Positions 20,340 through 31,772 of a stretch of DNA of 64,000 nt are shown here, in pieces. Origin of the DNA: Gemmatimonadales bacterium. GTDB lineage: Bacteria; Gemmatimonadota; Gemmatimonadetes; Gemmatimonadales; GWC2-71-9. Made by a program: the position numbers and the translations under genes. The DNA lies in NCBI GenBank assembly GCA_965249575.1, contig OZ252244.1, positions 2,784,001-2,848,000 on the forward strand. Reading direction: 5' to 3'. The number at the start of each line of letters is the position of its first letter. Position 1 is the first letter of the stretch. Under the pieces are notes generated by a model. The model ran no database searches. It worked only from the letters and a program-made list of their open reading frames with translations, and was not told the DNA's origin.

Positions 20340-21227
20340 TCATGGTGCCGCGGTGACTTTCCACGGCGTCCGGAGGTCCATTTCGTGCGCGTCGGGTGTT
20401 GGTATCGACAAGAAGAATTCGGCATGGAGGTATCCGGTGTCCTCCAGCCCGGTCACCGGAAGGTCACGGTCCAGCAGCTCTGCCCGGACGCCCGCTCGTT
20501 CCTCATGATCCGCAAAACGACGTTGGACAAACGTCTGTCCGGTGAGTTTGTACGTGACGAGACCATGGTCGGAGCAGGTCTCGGCGATCCCGTCGTAGGG
20601 AAACATGCGAAGCACAAAGGAGGCGACCCATGGTTTGCGTGGACCGGTGGTCGATTCGAGGATGCGCGAGAAGGTGAGACCCGTGACATAACCGACGCAA
20701 CCGGTGGAGATCACAACGTCGGTTTCGCCGAGCGTGGTGAGCCGGGGCGGGTCGAAGGAATCGGATTCGAGATTACACGCAATACCGCTATCCAGCAGAG
20801 AGACTGATTCGGCGTAGCGGACCGCGCGGTTTGCGATGTCGAGTCCGGTGATGTGGAGGGACTGCGCCTGTGGAAGCCTGGAAAAAAACTCCCGATCCTT
20901 TTGTTCGAGGATGCGGCTGGATAGCTGGCGAAACTCCGGATCCGCGTACCGCCGATACAGGGAATCGAGCGAGAGATCGTACCGCAGCAGAGCGGCGTTG
21001 ACGCCATATGAGCAGCCGACGTCCACCACAGACAATTCCTCTCGGTTCCGCATCCGCCGGAGGTTGTCGAAGACGCGGTAGAATGTCGGCTTGGCACGCT
21101 CCGGGATCTGATATCCGCACGACCGCAGGACCGCGAAGTACTCTCGTGGGTCCGGCTGATCATAGACGTCGTCGAACTCGGCTTTGGCGTCGTTGGCCTG
21201 CTGGATCACTGCGGTAATGGAGGGCAT
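20340..21227 (-). CDS. Class I SAM-dependent methyltransferase-like protein
   Basis: VVDVGCSYGVNAALL, GLDIA, VISTGCVGYVT; start placed at MPSIT. Confidence 0.8.
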   Translation of the reverse strand: MPSITAVIQQANDAKAEFDDVYDQPDPREYFAVLRSCGYQIPERAKPTFYRVFDNLRRMRNREELSVVDVGCSYGVNAALLRYDLSLDSLYRRYADPEFRQLSSRILEQKDREFFSRLPQAQSLHITGLDIANRAVRYAESVSLLDSGIACNLESDSFDPPRLTTLGETDVVISTGCVGYVTGLTFSRILESTTGPRKPWVASFVLRMFPYDGIAETCSDHGLVTYKLTGQTFVQRRFADHEERAGVRAELLDRDLPVTGLEDTGYLHAEFFLSIPTPDAHEMDLRTPWKVTAAP

Positions 21228-21320
21228 GGATACTCTCGGGTTGGGAACCGGGCCGACAGCGCGATCCTGTTGACACAAGACTTTTCTATGGAATTATTCT
21301 AACTCAACGTTGCGAACGCG

Positions 21321-21426
21321 ACCACTCTCGGACGGCTCGCCGACGAGCTGTCACTCAGTCAGTCGACAGTCACTGGGATCGCAGATCGGCTCGAGGCGCG
21401 GCAATTGGTGGCCCGCGTGCGTAGCG
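21321..21426 (+). pseudogene. MarR-family (EctR-like) winged-HTH fragment
   Basis: LGRLADELSLSQSTVTGIADRLEARQLVARVRS. Confidence 0.7.
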
Positions 21427-21429
21427 CGG

Positions 21430-21532
21430 GATCGGCGAGGTAGACGGTCGCCATGCCACCTTCGCCCAGGTGACGCTCGATGCGGTAGCAGTCGGCGAGG
21501 GCGGTCGTGAGGCGGGTGGTGATCTCGGCCAT
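21430..21532 (-). pseudogene. Ser/Thr kinase 5' stub
   Basis: MAEITTRLTTALADCYRIERHLGEGGMATVYLAD; ATG overlaps the TGA of the upstream tail. Confidence 0.85.
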
Positions 21533-21573
21533 CACGGGACCTGCGCCTTCAACTCCTCGGAGAAGTTCTCGAC
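21532..21573 (-). pseudogene. Kinase-TolB 3' tail remnant
   Basis: VENFSEELKAQVP*. Confidence 0.7.
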
Positions 21574-21606
21574 AGCGGCTCGGGCCTCCTTCTCCGTCAG
21601 GGTCCC

Positions 21607-21705
21607 CTTTTCGTTACCGAGACGACGGCTGCGCGTCGAGGCAGGAGGCCATCGGCCTCAAGTGGCACGACATCGAGGACGGGAAAATCCGAGTCCAACG
21701 GAGCA
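21607..21705 (+). pseudogene. Tyrosine recombinase box I fragment
   Basis: Degenerate ET...RRG then EAIGLKWHDIEDGKIRVQRS. Confidence 0.5.
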
Positions 21706-21786
21706 ACAGTCGCGGATGCAAACTGACGTAGCGCCGCTGGACCACCGAAGCGCAGGACCGAGGGCAATGACAGATACGGAACTGCG

Positions 21787-22446
21787 CTACTTCGGCTGCG
21801 GCACGATCCGGATGTAGGGCAACGGTTGCTTCCAGCCGTCAGGGTATTTCGCCTTGGCGTCCTCGTTTGACACCGCGGGAAGGATGATCACATCTTCGCC
21901 CTGCTCCCAGTTCGCCGGTGTCGCTACCTTTTCCTGCGCCGTTAATTGGCAGGAGTCCAGTAACCTTAGGATCTCAGCGAAGTTGCGACCGGTGCTCATC
22001 GGATACGTCAGCGTCGCTTTGATCTTCTTGTCGGGGCCGATCACGAAAACCGACCTGGCCGTGGCGTTGTCGGCTGGCGTTCTTCCAGCGGACGTCTCAC
22101 CCGCATCTGCAGGCAACATGTCGTAGAGCTTGACCACCTTCAACTCGGGATCCCCTATCAGTGGGTAGTTGAGGGCGTGTCCCTGTGACGCCTCGATGTC
22201 CTTTGACCAGGCCCTGTGGTCGCTCACGCCATCGACGCTGATTCCCAGGATCTTACAGTTGCGTTGGCCGAACTTGTTCTTGAGACCCGCTACCGCGCCG
22301 AGCTCGGTGGTACAGACCGGCGTGAAATCCTTGGGATGCGAAAACAGGATCGCCCATCCGTCGCCGATCCACTCGTGGAAGTTGATGGTTCCGTCCGTCG
22401 TTTCGGCGGTGAAGTCGGGAGCGGTGTCGTTGATTCGCATTGTCAT
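21787..22446 (-). CDS. 1-Cys peroxiredoxin (Prx6 family)
   Basis: LFSHPKDFTPVCTTELG, YPMSTGRNF, ATPANW. Confidence 0.95.
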   Translation of the reverse strand: MTMRINDTAPDFTAETTDGTINFHEWIGDGWAILFSHPKDFTPVCTTELGAVAGLKNKFGQRNCKILGISVDGVSDHRAWSKDIEASQGHALNYPLIGDPELKVVKLYDMLPADAGETSAGRTPADNATARSVFVIGPDKKIKATLTYPMSTGRNFAEILRLLDSCQLTAQEKVATPANWEQGEDVIILPAVSNEDAKAKYPDGWKQPLPYIRIVPQPK

Positions 22447-22504
22447 TGTGATCCTCCTCGAGGGATCGTACCCGTTGGAAGGTGGTAGGAATTTTTTCCG
22501 ATGA

Positions 22505-22750
22505 TGGCCTGGGCGGTGGACCCGTGTGTGGCGGGTCGCCCACCAACATCTCGTAGCTCACGCACGTCAGCGAATAGACATCGCTGCGGGCTGCGGCGAG
22601 TTCAGGGTGCAACACCTTCCCCGCCACCCCGCGGTGATACTTGAGATCCTCGGCCAGGTAGACCGTGGCCATTCCGCCCGCGCCAAGCTCGCGCTCGATG
22701 CGGTAGCGGTCGGCGGGGGCGGCGGTCAGGCGTTCCAGCTGGTCCGTCAC
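22505..22750 (-). pseudogene. Ser/Thr kinase 5' stub with large internal deletion
   Basis: MTDQLERL...KVLHPELAA joined directly to ARSDVYSL.C..YEMLVGDPPHTGP (subdomain II to IX). Confidence 0.85.
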
Positions 22751-23028
22751 GGCGTCCCTGCTTCCCCCGTCAGCCGCCGCACCTCCTCGAACCAGTTCGT
22801 GACAACCCGCAACACCATGTCCTCCGCTGGGTCATCCTGGATCATTATGAACCGCTTGCCGTCCGGCGACACATCGTAGCTCTGGTCGCCAGTCGAGCCG
22901 ACGTAGAGCGACCCGTCGAAGAGCGTGCGCGGCCGACCGGCAGAGAACGCCGGTTCCGTAGTCACATCCACTACCATCAGCCGCGTGCCGCTCAGGTAGA
23001 ACAGCTCGCGCCCATCCCGCGACCACAC
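22747..23028 (-). pseudogene. Kinase-TolB 3' tail remnant
   Basis: WSRDGRELFY...YDVSPDGKRFIMI...VVTNWFEEVRRLTGEAGTP*; GTGA overlap with the stub. Confidence 0.85.
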
Positions 23029-23095
23029 GGGATCAGGCTAGGGATACCCCGGAACGGGGCGCGTTTTTGGCGCCCCGTTCCCACCGCACGAGTCC

Positions 23096-24607
23096 CTACC
23101 TCTGTCCTCCGGGTTTTTCTTGGAGGGCCTGGTGCCACTCGTGGAGCTGTTTGGCCGCGAGATCCCGTCCTCCAACGCCGAAGGCAACCGCTGCGGCTAC
23201 CGCGACGGCGCCCAGGGTGAGCCCAAAAGCCAGGGTGATGATTTCGTTGGCGATGCCGATCGCGCGGAGCGCCACGGCGCCCGCCAGAATGAGGATGGCG
23301 ATGCGCGCGAGCGCCGCCAGCGGTTTGGCGTACCGGGCCTGGCCAACGCTGATGGCAGTGACGGCCAGGTTGGCCAGATACAACCCCAACGCGAACACGG
23401 CGAGGGCCAGGACCACCCGGCCACCGAACGCGAGCAGCTCGGCGAATACGTCGGCGAGACTCCCGAACCCCAGCAGGTCGGCGGCCTCGACAGTGGCGAA
23501 CAGCATGATGGCGGCGAGGAGCAGCCACCCGGCGATCGTCGATGGGGTCCGATCGGGATGGTCGGCAGGTGCGGCAATACCAAGATGACCCACCAGCCCG
23601 TCGAACCCGGCACCCGTGAGCACGTTGCCCACGAGCCCCGACACCACGCGTCCCACGACGTAGGCGATCACCAGGACCAGCGAGGCCGCGAATAGATTCG
23701 GCATCGCGCCCAGCAGGGCGTCGAGCATGTTGCTCGCGGGGGCGGTGATCGCGTCCAGGTTGAGCGCGTTGAGCGCGCCCACGAGTACCGGGACCAGGAT
23801 GAGCACGTACACGATGAGGCCGACGAGATTCGAGAGCTTCTTGTCCCCGAGTGCCCGTGCGAACCCAACCCGCTCGCCTAGGCTATCCAGCCCTGCGGCC
23901 CCAGTGAGATTGGTCACGATCCGCTGTACGACCCGCGCCACGAACCACCCCACGGCCACGATGAACACGGCGGTGAGGACGTTGGGGGCATACTCCAGAA
24001 TCTTGTTGACAAGCGACTGCACCGGCTGCAGGAGGCCTTCGAGCGCCAACGTGCTGAGGATCGCCGGGAGGAACAGCAGGAAGACGAGCCAGTACACCAC
24101 GTCGCCTAACGTCTTGCTGAGCGGGACCCGCTCGGTCCTCTCGATATCCGCCGTATCGCCGACCCGTTCGTCCAGGTTCATGCGGGACAGGGCGCGGGTC
24201 GTCAGCATCCGCAGTCCGGTTGCCACCAACCACGCCGCCACCGCCAGGAACACGGCACCGAGGAGCTGCGGCGCAAAGGCCAGTAGTCGGTTAAGGAACG
24301 CGTTGAGCGGCTCGGTCAGCAGCGTCAGGCCCAACGCCTGAAAGAACGCCACGAGCACGAAGAGCATCAATGCGTAGAAGACGATCTTCCCGACCACGTT
24401 TTCGACCGGGAAGATCTTGCCTTTTTCTTTACCCACCACGAACTCGGCCATCCGATTGTCGAGCGTGGTGCGTCGGAGCGTGGCCTTCACGAGTGCGGCG
24501 ACGACCAGCGCCACCAGCCACCCCACGATCAGGATCGCCACGGCCGCGAGCAGGTTGGGGAGGTAGGCGAGCATCGGCTGTAACATCTCCTGCAGGTTTT
24601 GTCTCAT
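23096..24607 (-). CDS. Conserved TM-helix repeat protein (MscS-associated/CmpX-like)
   Basis: Repeated YLPNLLAA/FAPQLLGA/YAPNVLTA/AMPNLFAA units; AFGVGGRD C-terminus. Confidence 0.85.
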   Translation of the reverse strand: MRQNLQEMLQPMLAYLPNLLAAVAILIVGWLVALVVAALVKATLRRTTLDNRMAEFVVGKEKGKIFPVENVVGKIVFYALMLFVLVAFFQALGLTLLTEPLNAFLNRLLAFAPQLLGAVFLAVAAWLVATGLRMLTTRALSRMNLDERVGDTADIERTERVPLSKTLGDVVYWLVFLLFLPAILSTLALEGLLQPVQSLVNKILEYAPNVLTAVFIVAVGWFVARVVQRIVTNLTGAAGLDSLGERVGFARALGDKKLSNLVGLIVYVLILVPVLVGALNALNLDAITAPASNMLDALLGAMPNLFAASLVLVIAYVVGRVVSGLVGNVLTGAGFDGLVGHLGIAAPADHPDRTPSTIAGWLLLAAIMLFATVEAADLLGFGSLADVFAELLAFGGRVVLALAVFALGLYLANLAVTAISVGQARYAKPLAALARIAILILAGAVALRAIGIANEIITLAFGLTLGAVAVAAAVAFGVGGRDLAAKQLHEWHQALQEKPGGQR

Positions 24608-25003
24608 CGCACGTATCTCCGGGTATTGTGGGTCATCGACTGGAACGCTAGGGTTGCTTCAGGTTGCGCGAGGCGCGATCGGACTCGCTGACCACCTCGT
24701 CGAGTAGACGGCCGTTGGGAACCTAGATCGCCTTGCCTCGTCTGGAGGGCGGCAGGGCCAACGTCGGCCACGGGCGGAGATTTTCGCTTTCCTAACCGAC
24801 TAATATGTCCGCGTTGTACTGGCGCGGTTAGGCCGTTACTGAGGCAAGTGGGGCGGGTTCTAGGACATCCGGAGCGTCTTGGCCCGACCTTAGTCGCTGC
24901 TGGCCGCCTGACCCCACTCGTCGCATCTTGGTAGCGCCGCCAGCCGGAGCTGCTGCGCCGTGCCCAACACCTCGAAGCGTCTGATCGCCCCCCTGGTCTC
25001 CCG

Positions 25004-25033
25004 ATGACCGAGATCACCGCCCGGCTCTCCGCT
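25004..25033 (+). pseudogene. Ser/Thr kinase 5' stub (MTEITARLSA)
   Basis: atgaccgagatcaccgcccggct nearly identical to the start of 59287. Confidence 0.65.
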
Positions 25034-25437
25034 TCGAGCCCGGCGTCAATCATCTTCTGCGTCACCTCAACCCTCGCCAGCGTCTCCACCTCCTTCACGG
25101 AGTACCCGGGATTCAATGCGCCGGGGGGCGACGACGTAACCGCCGCGATTCAGAAGGCGATCGACCAGCTCACCGGCGGCGGATCATTGCACGAAAACCG
25201 ATTGAGGCTGTGGTCGTCGAGGAAGACGCCACACCCGAGGATGTAGCATCGGACTCGGACGACGAGCGACGCAGACATCGAGATAGGGGAAGACTCCGCT
25301 CAGCTGGCGACAGTGTCCGCCGGCGTCTTGGTGTTCTTTGCGGAGATCAGGATGGGGTACGTTTCGAGTTCCGTTAGCTGAAGTCGGCCTCCCGCCGTGG
25401 AGTCTTCGATCCGCAGTTTGAGCCACCCCACGATCCC

Positions 25438-25470
25438 GAAAGCGAACGGGGCCGGGAAACCCCCGACCCC
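25438..25470 (-). terminator. Probable terminator downstream of groEL
   Basis: ggggtcggg-ggttt-cccggcccc hairpin with a weak U tail. Confidence 0.45.
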
Positions 25471-25623
25471 TAACCCATATCAAAACCTCGGGTCGTGCCT
25501 AATTTGACGGAGTTCCCTGGGTCTGGTTGCTGGACCGGGTTCGCGTCCTCCACATCGGCATGGCTCGCCCGGTCGTGGAGATGCTCGTTGCGCGGTTCGT
25601 GCCGACGCACGTTGGCGAGCGGC

Positions 25624-27595
<1,972 letters not shown>

Positions 27596-27646
27596 GTCCT
27601 CGTGCCTCCATCTTCTAAGTCGCTGGCTATAAAGTATTTACAGAAA

Positions 27647-27673
27647 GCAGCACTCGGCGGCACTACGTGCTAA
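27647..27673 (-). promoter_or_regulatory. CIRCE (HrcA operator) upstream of groES
   Basis: TTAGCACgt-N9-GAGTGCTgc versus consensus TTAGCACTC-N9-GAGTGCTAA; TTGACA -35 box at 27711-27706. Confidence 0.8.
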
Positions 27674-27844
27674 CGAGCACGAAGAAAAATGGCCGCACGC
27701 CGCCTTGTCAAGCCCGCCACCGCAGAGACCGGGCAGACCCGTCGGACCCGCATGGGCCCGCGGCCGATCCGCTTCTCGTGGACCCTCACCTTCTTCACCA
27801 GCTGGAGGTGGTCCGGGCCTCCGGCGTCGAGAGGTCGATGACTG

Positions 27845-27938
27845 AAGTAGACCGTCGCCATCCCACCGTGCCAAGTTCCCGCTCGATGCGGTAGCGGTCG
27901 GCGAGGGCGGCGGTGAGGCGGGCGAGCTGGTCCGTCAC
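27845..27938 (-). pseudogene. Ser/Thr kinase 5' stub, frameshifted
   Basis: MTDQLARLTAALADRYRIERELGT/GMATVY. Confidence 0.85.
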
Positions 27939-28260
27939 GGCGTTCCTGCTTTCCCCGCCAGCCGCCGCAATTCCTCGAACCAGTTGAGCACGACATGGAT
28001 TTCCCGCGCCGGGGCGTCAGGGTTCTTTACCTTCACCACGAACCGGGTTCCGTCAACCGCAACGTCATAGGCGTTGCCCGCCACGAAACCAGGCAAGTCG
28101 AAAAGCCGCCGGGGCTCTCGGCTGAACGCGTCCCCGGTACGCACCCTCGAGGCCATGAGCGTACTGTCTCGCCCAAAAAACAACTCGTTGCCCGCCACCG
28201 ACCAGCGTGGCTGAGTACCGCCATCCGTTGACACCTGCTGCTTCCCACCCAGCGCAGGAA
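27935..28260 (-). pseudogene. Kinase-TolB 3' tail remnant
   Basis: PALGGKQQVSTDGGTQPRWS...YDVAVDGTRF...VVLNWFEELRRLAGKAGTP*; GTGA overlap. Confidence 0.85.
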
Positions 28261-28267
28261 TGACATC

Positions 28268-28720
28268 GTGGCGCCTCTGGAGCACTGGCACTACGACGTC
28301 TGGAATGGGGCAGAGACCGACGGCGACCCAACCTTCGAGAACCGGAAACTCATCTTCCGTGGTGATGTGGACGGCAACATCGCGGGCGTGGAGTCGACGT
28401 TGGAGCCTCGAGCTGCTCCTGTTGTTTTCAAGAAACAACCCGATGCCCGGCTGTTCGATCCCGAGTACCTGCGTCGCTTTGCGGGAACGTATGTGACCGT
28501 AGACAACACGAAACTCACCGTCGATGTGGCCGGCGGCGTTCTCACTCTCACGGTTCCCGGTCAGCCGACCTACACCCTGGAGCCAGGACTGAGCGGACGG
28601 TTCGTGCTCCAGGAAGCCCGAGTCATGAGCCTGGAGTTCGTGGTGCCAGCCGGTGACAAGGCCACCAAGGTGCTCATCCATCAGCCCAGTAGCATTCGGG
28701 AAGCCGAACGGCTGGAGTAG
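28268..28720 (+). pseudogene. Serine hydrolase C-terminal (DUF3471-like) fragment
   Basis: LEHWHYDVW...LRRFAGTY...VPGQPTYTL; no N-terminal domain. Confidence 0.65.
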
Positions 28721-28796
28721 TGCAACCGCACCGTAGCGGCCAGTCGAGCTGGAGGACACCACCGCGACTCGGAGGCGCTATGTACCGCAGGTATTG

Positions 28797-28837
28797 GTGG
28801 CCATGCCACCCGCGCCGAGTTCGCGCTCGATGCGGTA
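28797..28837 (-). pseudogene. Ser/Thr kinase near-5' fragment (YRIERELGAGGMAT)
   Basis: Fused immediately downstream of the 29057 stub. Confidence 0.75.
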
Positions 28838-29057
28838 GGGGGTGATCCAGCAGGGCGGCGATCTCGATCTCGCGAAGAAACCGCTCGCCCCCAAGCGCCG
28901 CTGCCAAGTCTGGACGTAACACCTTTACAGCGACCTGACGGTGATGTCTTAGGTCCTCCGCCAGGTAGACCGTCGCCATGCCGCCCGCACCGAGCTCACG
29001 CTCGATACGGTAGCGGTCCGCTAATGCTGTTTTGAGACGGTCGAGGAGGTCCGACAC
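28838..29057 (-). pseudogene. Ser/Thr kinase 5' stub (73 codons)
   Basis: MSDLLDRLKTALADRY...VAVKVLRPDLAAALGGERFLREIEIAALLDHP. Confidence 0.9.
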
Positions 29058-29668
29058 TGCACCACGCTTGTCGGTGACCTGACTAGGATACGGCGCAGGG
29101 GGTCAGGCGGCCAAGGTGAGAAATGTCTCGCGAGAGGATCGAACAGTGAGACCTGAAACAGTAAACCCGAGAACAGCCGGGACGCCGCCACGGGTTGCGC
29201 CAAGTGCCACGAAGTCTCGAACCAGAGTTGACCGATGTCACGACTTCTCGCATTAATGACCGTTACCTCATGGAGGCTCACGCATGCCGCGGCCCGCAAT
29301 GTTTCTTTTTGCAGCTCTGGCTCTCGTCGTGTGTACGTCACGAGGCGAGACCCAGCAGAACAAGAAACGTAAGAACCAGGATCAGCCGGCCCAAGTCAGG
29401 CGCCGGGCCGCCGCGGTGATCGCCCGATCGGCGTACTTCACGTGGCAAACGGCGGTTCCCTAGGAGAGGCGACTAGCAAAGCGAGCCACCGAGGCGGACG
29501 AGGTACCGATTCGTTCGCCCGGCCGGGGTGTGCGCGTTCCGGCCGAGGTGATCTACGGGGCGACGCTGCTCACGCAGGGCCATACCGTCCTCACGTTTTG
29601 AGCCAGAGCAACGGGGCGGGTCCCAGGCCCGCCCCGCCGCCGTCGCACTATTGAAAGGAGCTTCGACA

Positions 29669-30565
29669 ATGACTGTTGCATCCCTCTACCACGAAGGTGA
29701 GCTACTCGTCCAGGAACGCACCGGTCAAGAGGTACAGGCGGAACAAAGCGGCGGTGTAATCTCTGAGCGTGTCATCCCCGGTGCCATCCCGTTCATCTCT
29801 CAGCAACAGATGGTGGTGCTCGGAAGCGTGGACGCCGATCAGAACGTCGGGGCGTCAGTGCTGTTCGGGCGGCCGGGGTTTATCTCAGCGGTGAACGACC
29901 GCACCGTGGACGTCGACCTGTCGCAGGCCGGCTACGATGAACACGATCCGCTCTGGGCCAACATCGCCGGTGATCCACGCGTCGGCATGCTGGTGATCGA
30001 GCTCGCCACCCGCAGGCGTCTCCGCGTCAACGGTAACCTCAAGCGCGCGGACGACGAGAGGCTGCGGCTCGACGTGATGGAGGCATACCCCAACTGCCCC
30101 AAGTACATCCAACGCCGTCACATCGCGAATGTCTCGCTGGGCGATTCACCGAAGGAAATTCAGTCGTGCGCGGGTGATATCCTGACCCCCTCACAGCGAC
30201 AGTCCATCGCCGAAGCCCACACCTGCTTCGTCGCGAGCGCACACCCCGAGCGTGGCGTTGATGCCTCGCACCGAGGAGGGAACCCAGGGTTCGTCGAGGT
30301 CCTGAACGAACGAACACTCCGTATCCCCGACTATGCCGGGAACGGCATGTTCAATACTCTCGGCAACTTCGTTGCGAACCCGCGAGCCGGCCTCCTCTTC
30401 ATCGACTTCGACACCAACCAGACGCTTCAGCTCGTCGGAAAACCGGAGATCCGGTTTGAGCTCGAGTCGTCTGTGGCAAGCGCGACACTCATCGCTGAGT
30501 ACAACCGCGAAACCCAATTTTTTGGGGAATCGCCGTCGATGCATGGATCGACGGCCGTGCGATAA
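29669..30565 (+). CDS. Pyridoxamine 5'-phosphate oxidase-family FMN-binding protein, probably 3'-truncated near 30465
   Basis: YHEGE..VQ, RRRLRVNG, YPNCPKYIQRR, DASHRGGNPGFV, PDYAGNGMFNTLGN; AAGGAG RBS. Confidence 0.8.
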   Translation: MTVASLYHEGELLVQERTGQEVQAEQSGGVISERVIPGAIPFISQQQMVVLGSVDADQNVGASVLFGRPGFISAVNDRTVDVDLSQAGYDEHDPLWANIAGDPRVGMLVIELATRRRLRVNGNLKRADDERLRLDVMEAYPNCPKYIQRRHIANVSLGDSPKEIQSCAGDILTPSQRQSIAEAHTCFVASAHPERGVDASHRGGNPGFVEVLNERTLRIPDYAGNGMFNTLGNFVANPRAGLLFIDFDTNQTLQLVGKPEIRFELESSVASATLIAEYNRETQFFGESPSMHGSTAVR

Positions 30566-30714
30566 GGGAATCACCTATCTGCGGGTCGATTGAGTTACTT
30601 GCATGTACGCGCGAAGCGACGGCCTGGATCGCCAAAGTCGATGCCTACCACATAATACCAGTTCGGCCGCCAAGAGATTGGCTGCATGAGGGGCTGCGAG
30701 GACCGATGATGGAA

Positions 30715-31689
30715 ATGATGCGTGCGTTCGTGATCGAAGAGCCCGGCGGCCGGGAAAAGCTCAAGCTCCGAGAAATGCCCCGACCAGAGCCTCGCGACAG
30801 TTGGGTCTTGATTCACAACCGGGCATTCGGGCTCAACCGATCAGAGTGGTTCACACGACGGGGGCAGTCGCCCACCGTGGTGTTTCCCCGGGTGCTCGGC
30901 ATCGAATGCGTCGGTGAGGTGGTTGCCGCGCCTGGCACCAACCTGTCCCGTGGGACACGAGTCGCAGCGTTGATGGGTGGGATGGGGCGGCGGTTCGACG
31001 GGTCGTATGCAGAGTATGTTCTCGTTCCATCGCAGCATGTGTTCCCATTGAAGTCAAACCTGGGGTGGAAGATCCTCGGCGCGCTGCCTGAGATGCTGCA
31101 GACCGTCCATGGCTCGCTCCAGACTGGCCTCGAGATTGAGCGCGCTGAGAACCTCCTCGTGCGAGGCGCGACATCGTCCATCGGCTTTGCAACCATTGCG
31201 CTCGCGCGAGCGGCGGGTCTCGAGCTCACGGCGACCACCAGAAGTGCGACGAAGGCCGACAAACTTGTGGCCGCGGGAGCTACCCACGTGCTCGTGGATG
31301 ATGGATCCATCGCGCACAAAGCCCGAGCGATTTACCCAAATGGTTTCGACCGCGTCCTCGAGCTGGTGGGGGCCACGACATTGCTGGATTCACTGCAGGC
31401 GGCGCGACGAGGCGGCATTGTGTGCATGACCGGCATTCTTGGCGGTGGCTGGGTGTTATCGGAATTTCGCCCAATGGCTGATGTGCCAACTGGCGTAAAG
31501 TTGACCTCATACCCCGGTGAGTCGTCCGATATCACATCCGCGCAGCTTCAAGAATACGTCTCGCTCGTTGAGTCTGGTGAGCTCATGCTCACGTTCGGAC
31601 CGAGCTTCCCTTTCGAGAAGCTCCGGAAGGCACACACCGCGATGGACGAGAACATGGCCACTGGTAAGATGGTTATGGAAGTTGTCTGA
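30715..31689 (+). CDS. Zinc-type alcohol dehydrogenase / quinone oxidoreductase family
   Basis: AFGLNRSE, PRVLGIECVG, DGSYAEY, LLVRGATSSIG; exact start uncertain (30706-30718). Confidence 0.9.
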   Translation: MMRAFVIEEPGGREKLKLREMPRPEPRDSWVLIHNRAFGLNRSEWFTRRGQSPTVVFPRVLGIECVGEVVAAPGTNLSRGTRVAALMGGMGRRFDGSYAEYVLVPSQHVFPLKSNLGWKILGALPEMLQTVHGSLQTGLEIERAENLLVRGATSSIGFATIALARAAGLELTATTRSATKADKLVAAGATHVLVDDGSIAHKARAIYPNGFDRVLELVGATTLLDSLQAARRGGIVCMTGILGGGWVLSEFRPMADVPTGVKLTSYPGESSDITSAQLQEYVSLVESGELMLTFGPSFPFEKLRKAHTAMDENMATGKMVMEVV

Positions 31690-31772
31690 CCTTGGAGTAT
31701 TGGCGTCGCGTCACTGGTGAACACGAGGTTCAGCGAGGGTTGGTACCTCCGGCAAGAGCTGCGCTGAGGTTG

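Noticed and set aside
24790..24833. attC site (cctaac...gttaggc inverted ends)
   Set aside because: Only ~44 bp, no recognisable L boxes, single copy; an attI-like remnant cannot be excluded but is unsupported.
29100..29195. ADOP/MacB-type permease C-terminal remnant on the minus strand (AASRLFSGLLFQVSLFDP)
   Set aside because: Suggestive but under 20 codons; not enough to list as a feature without a search.
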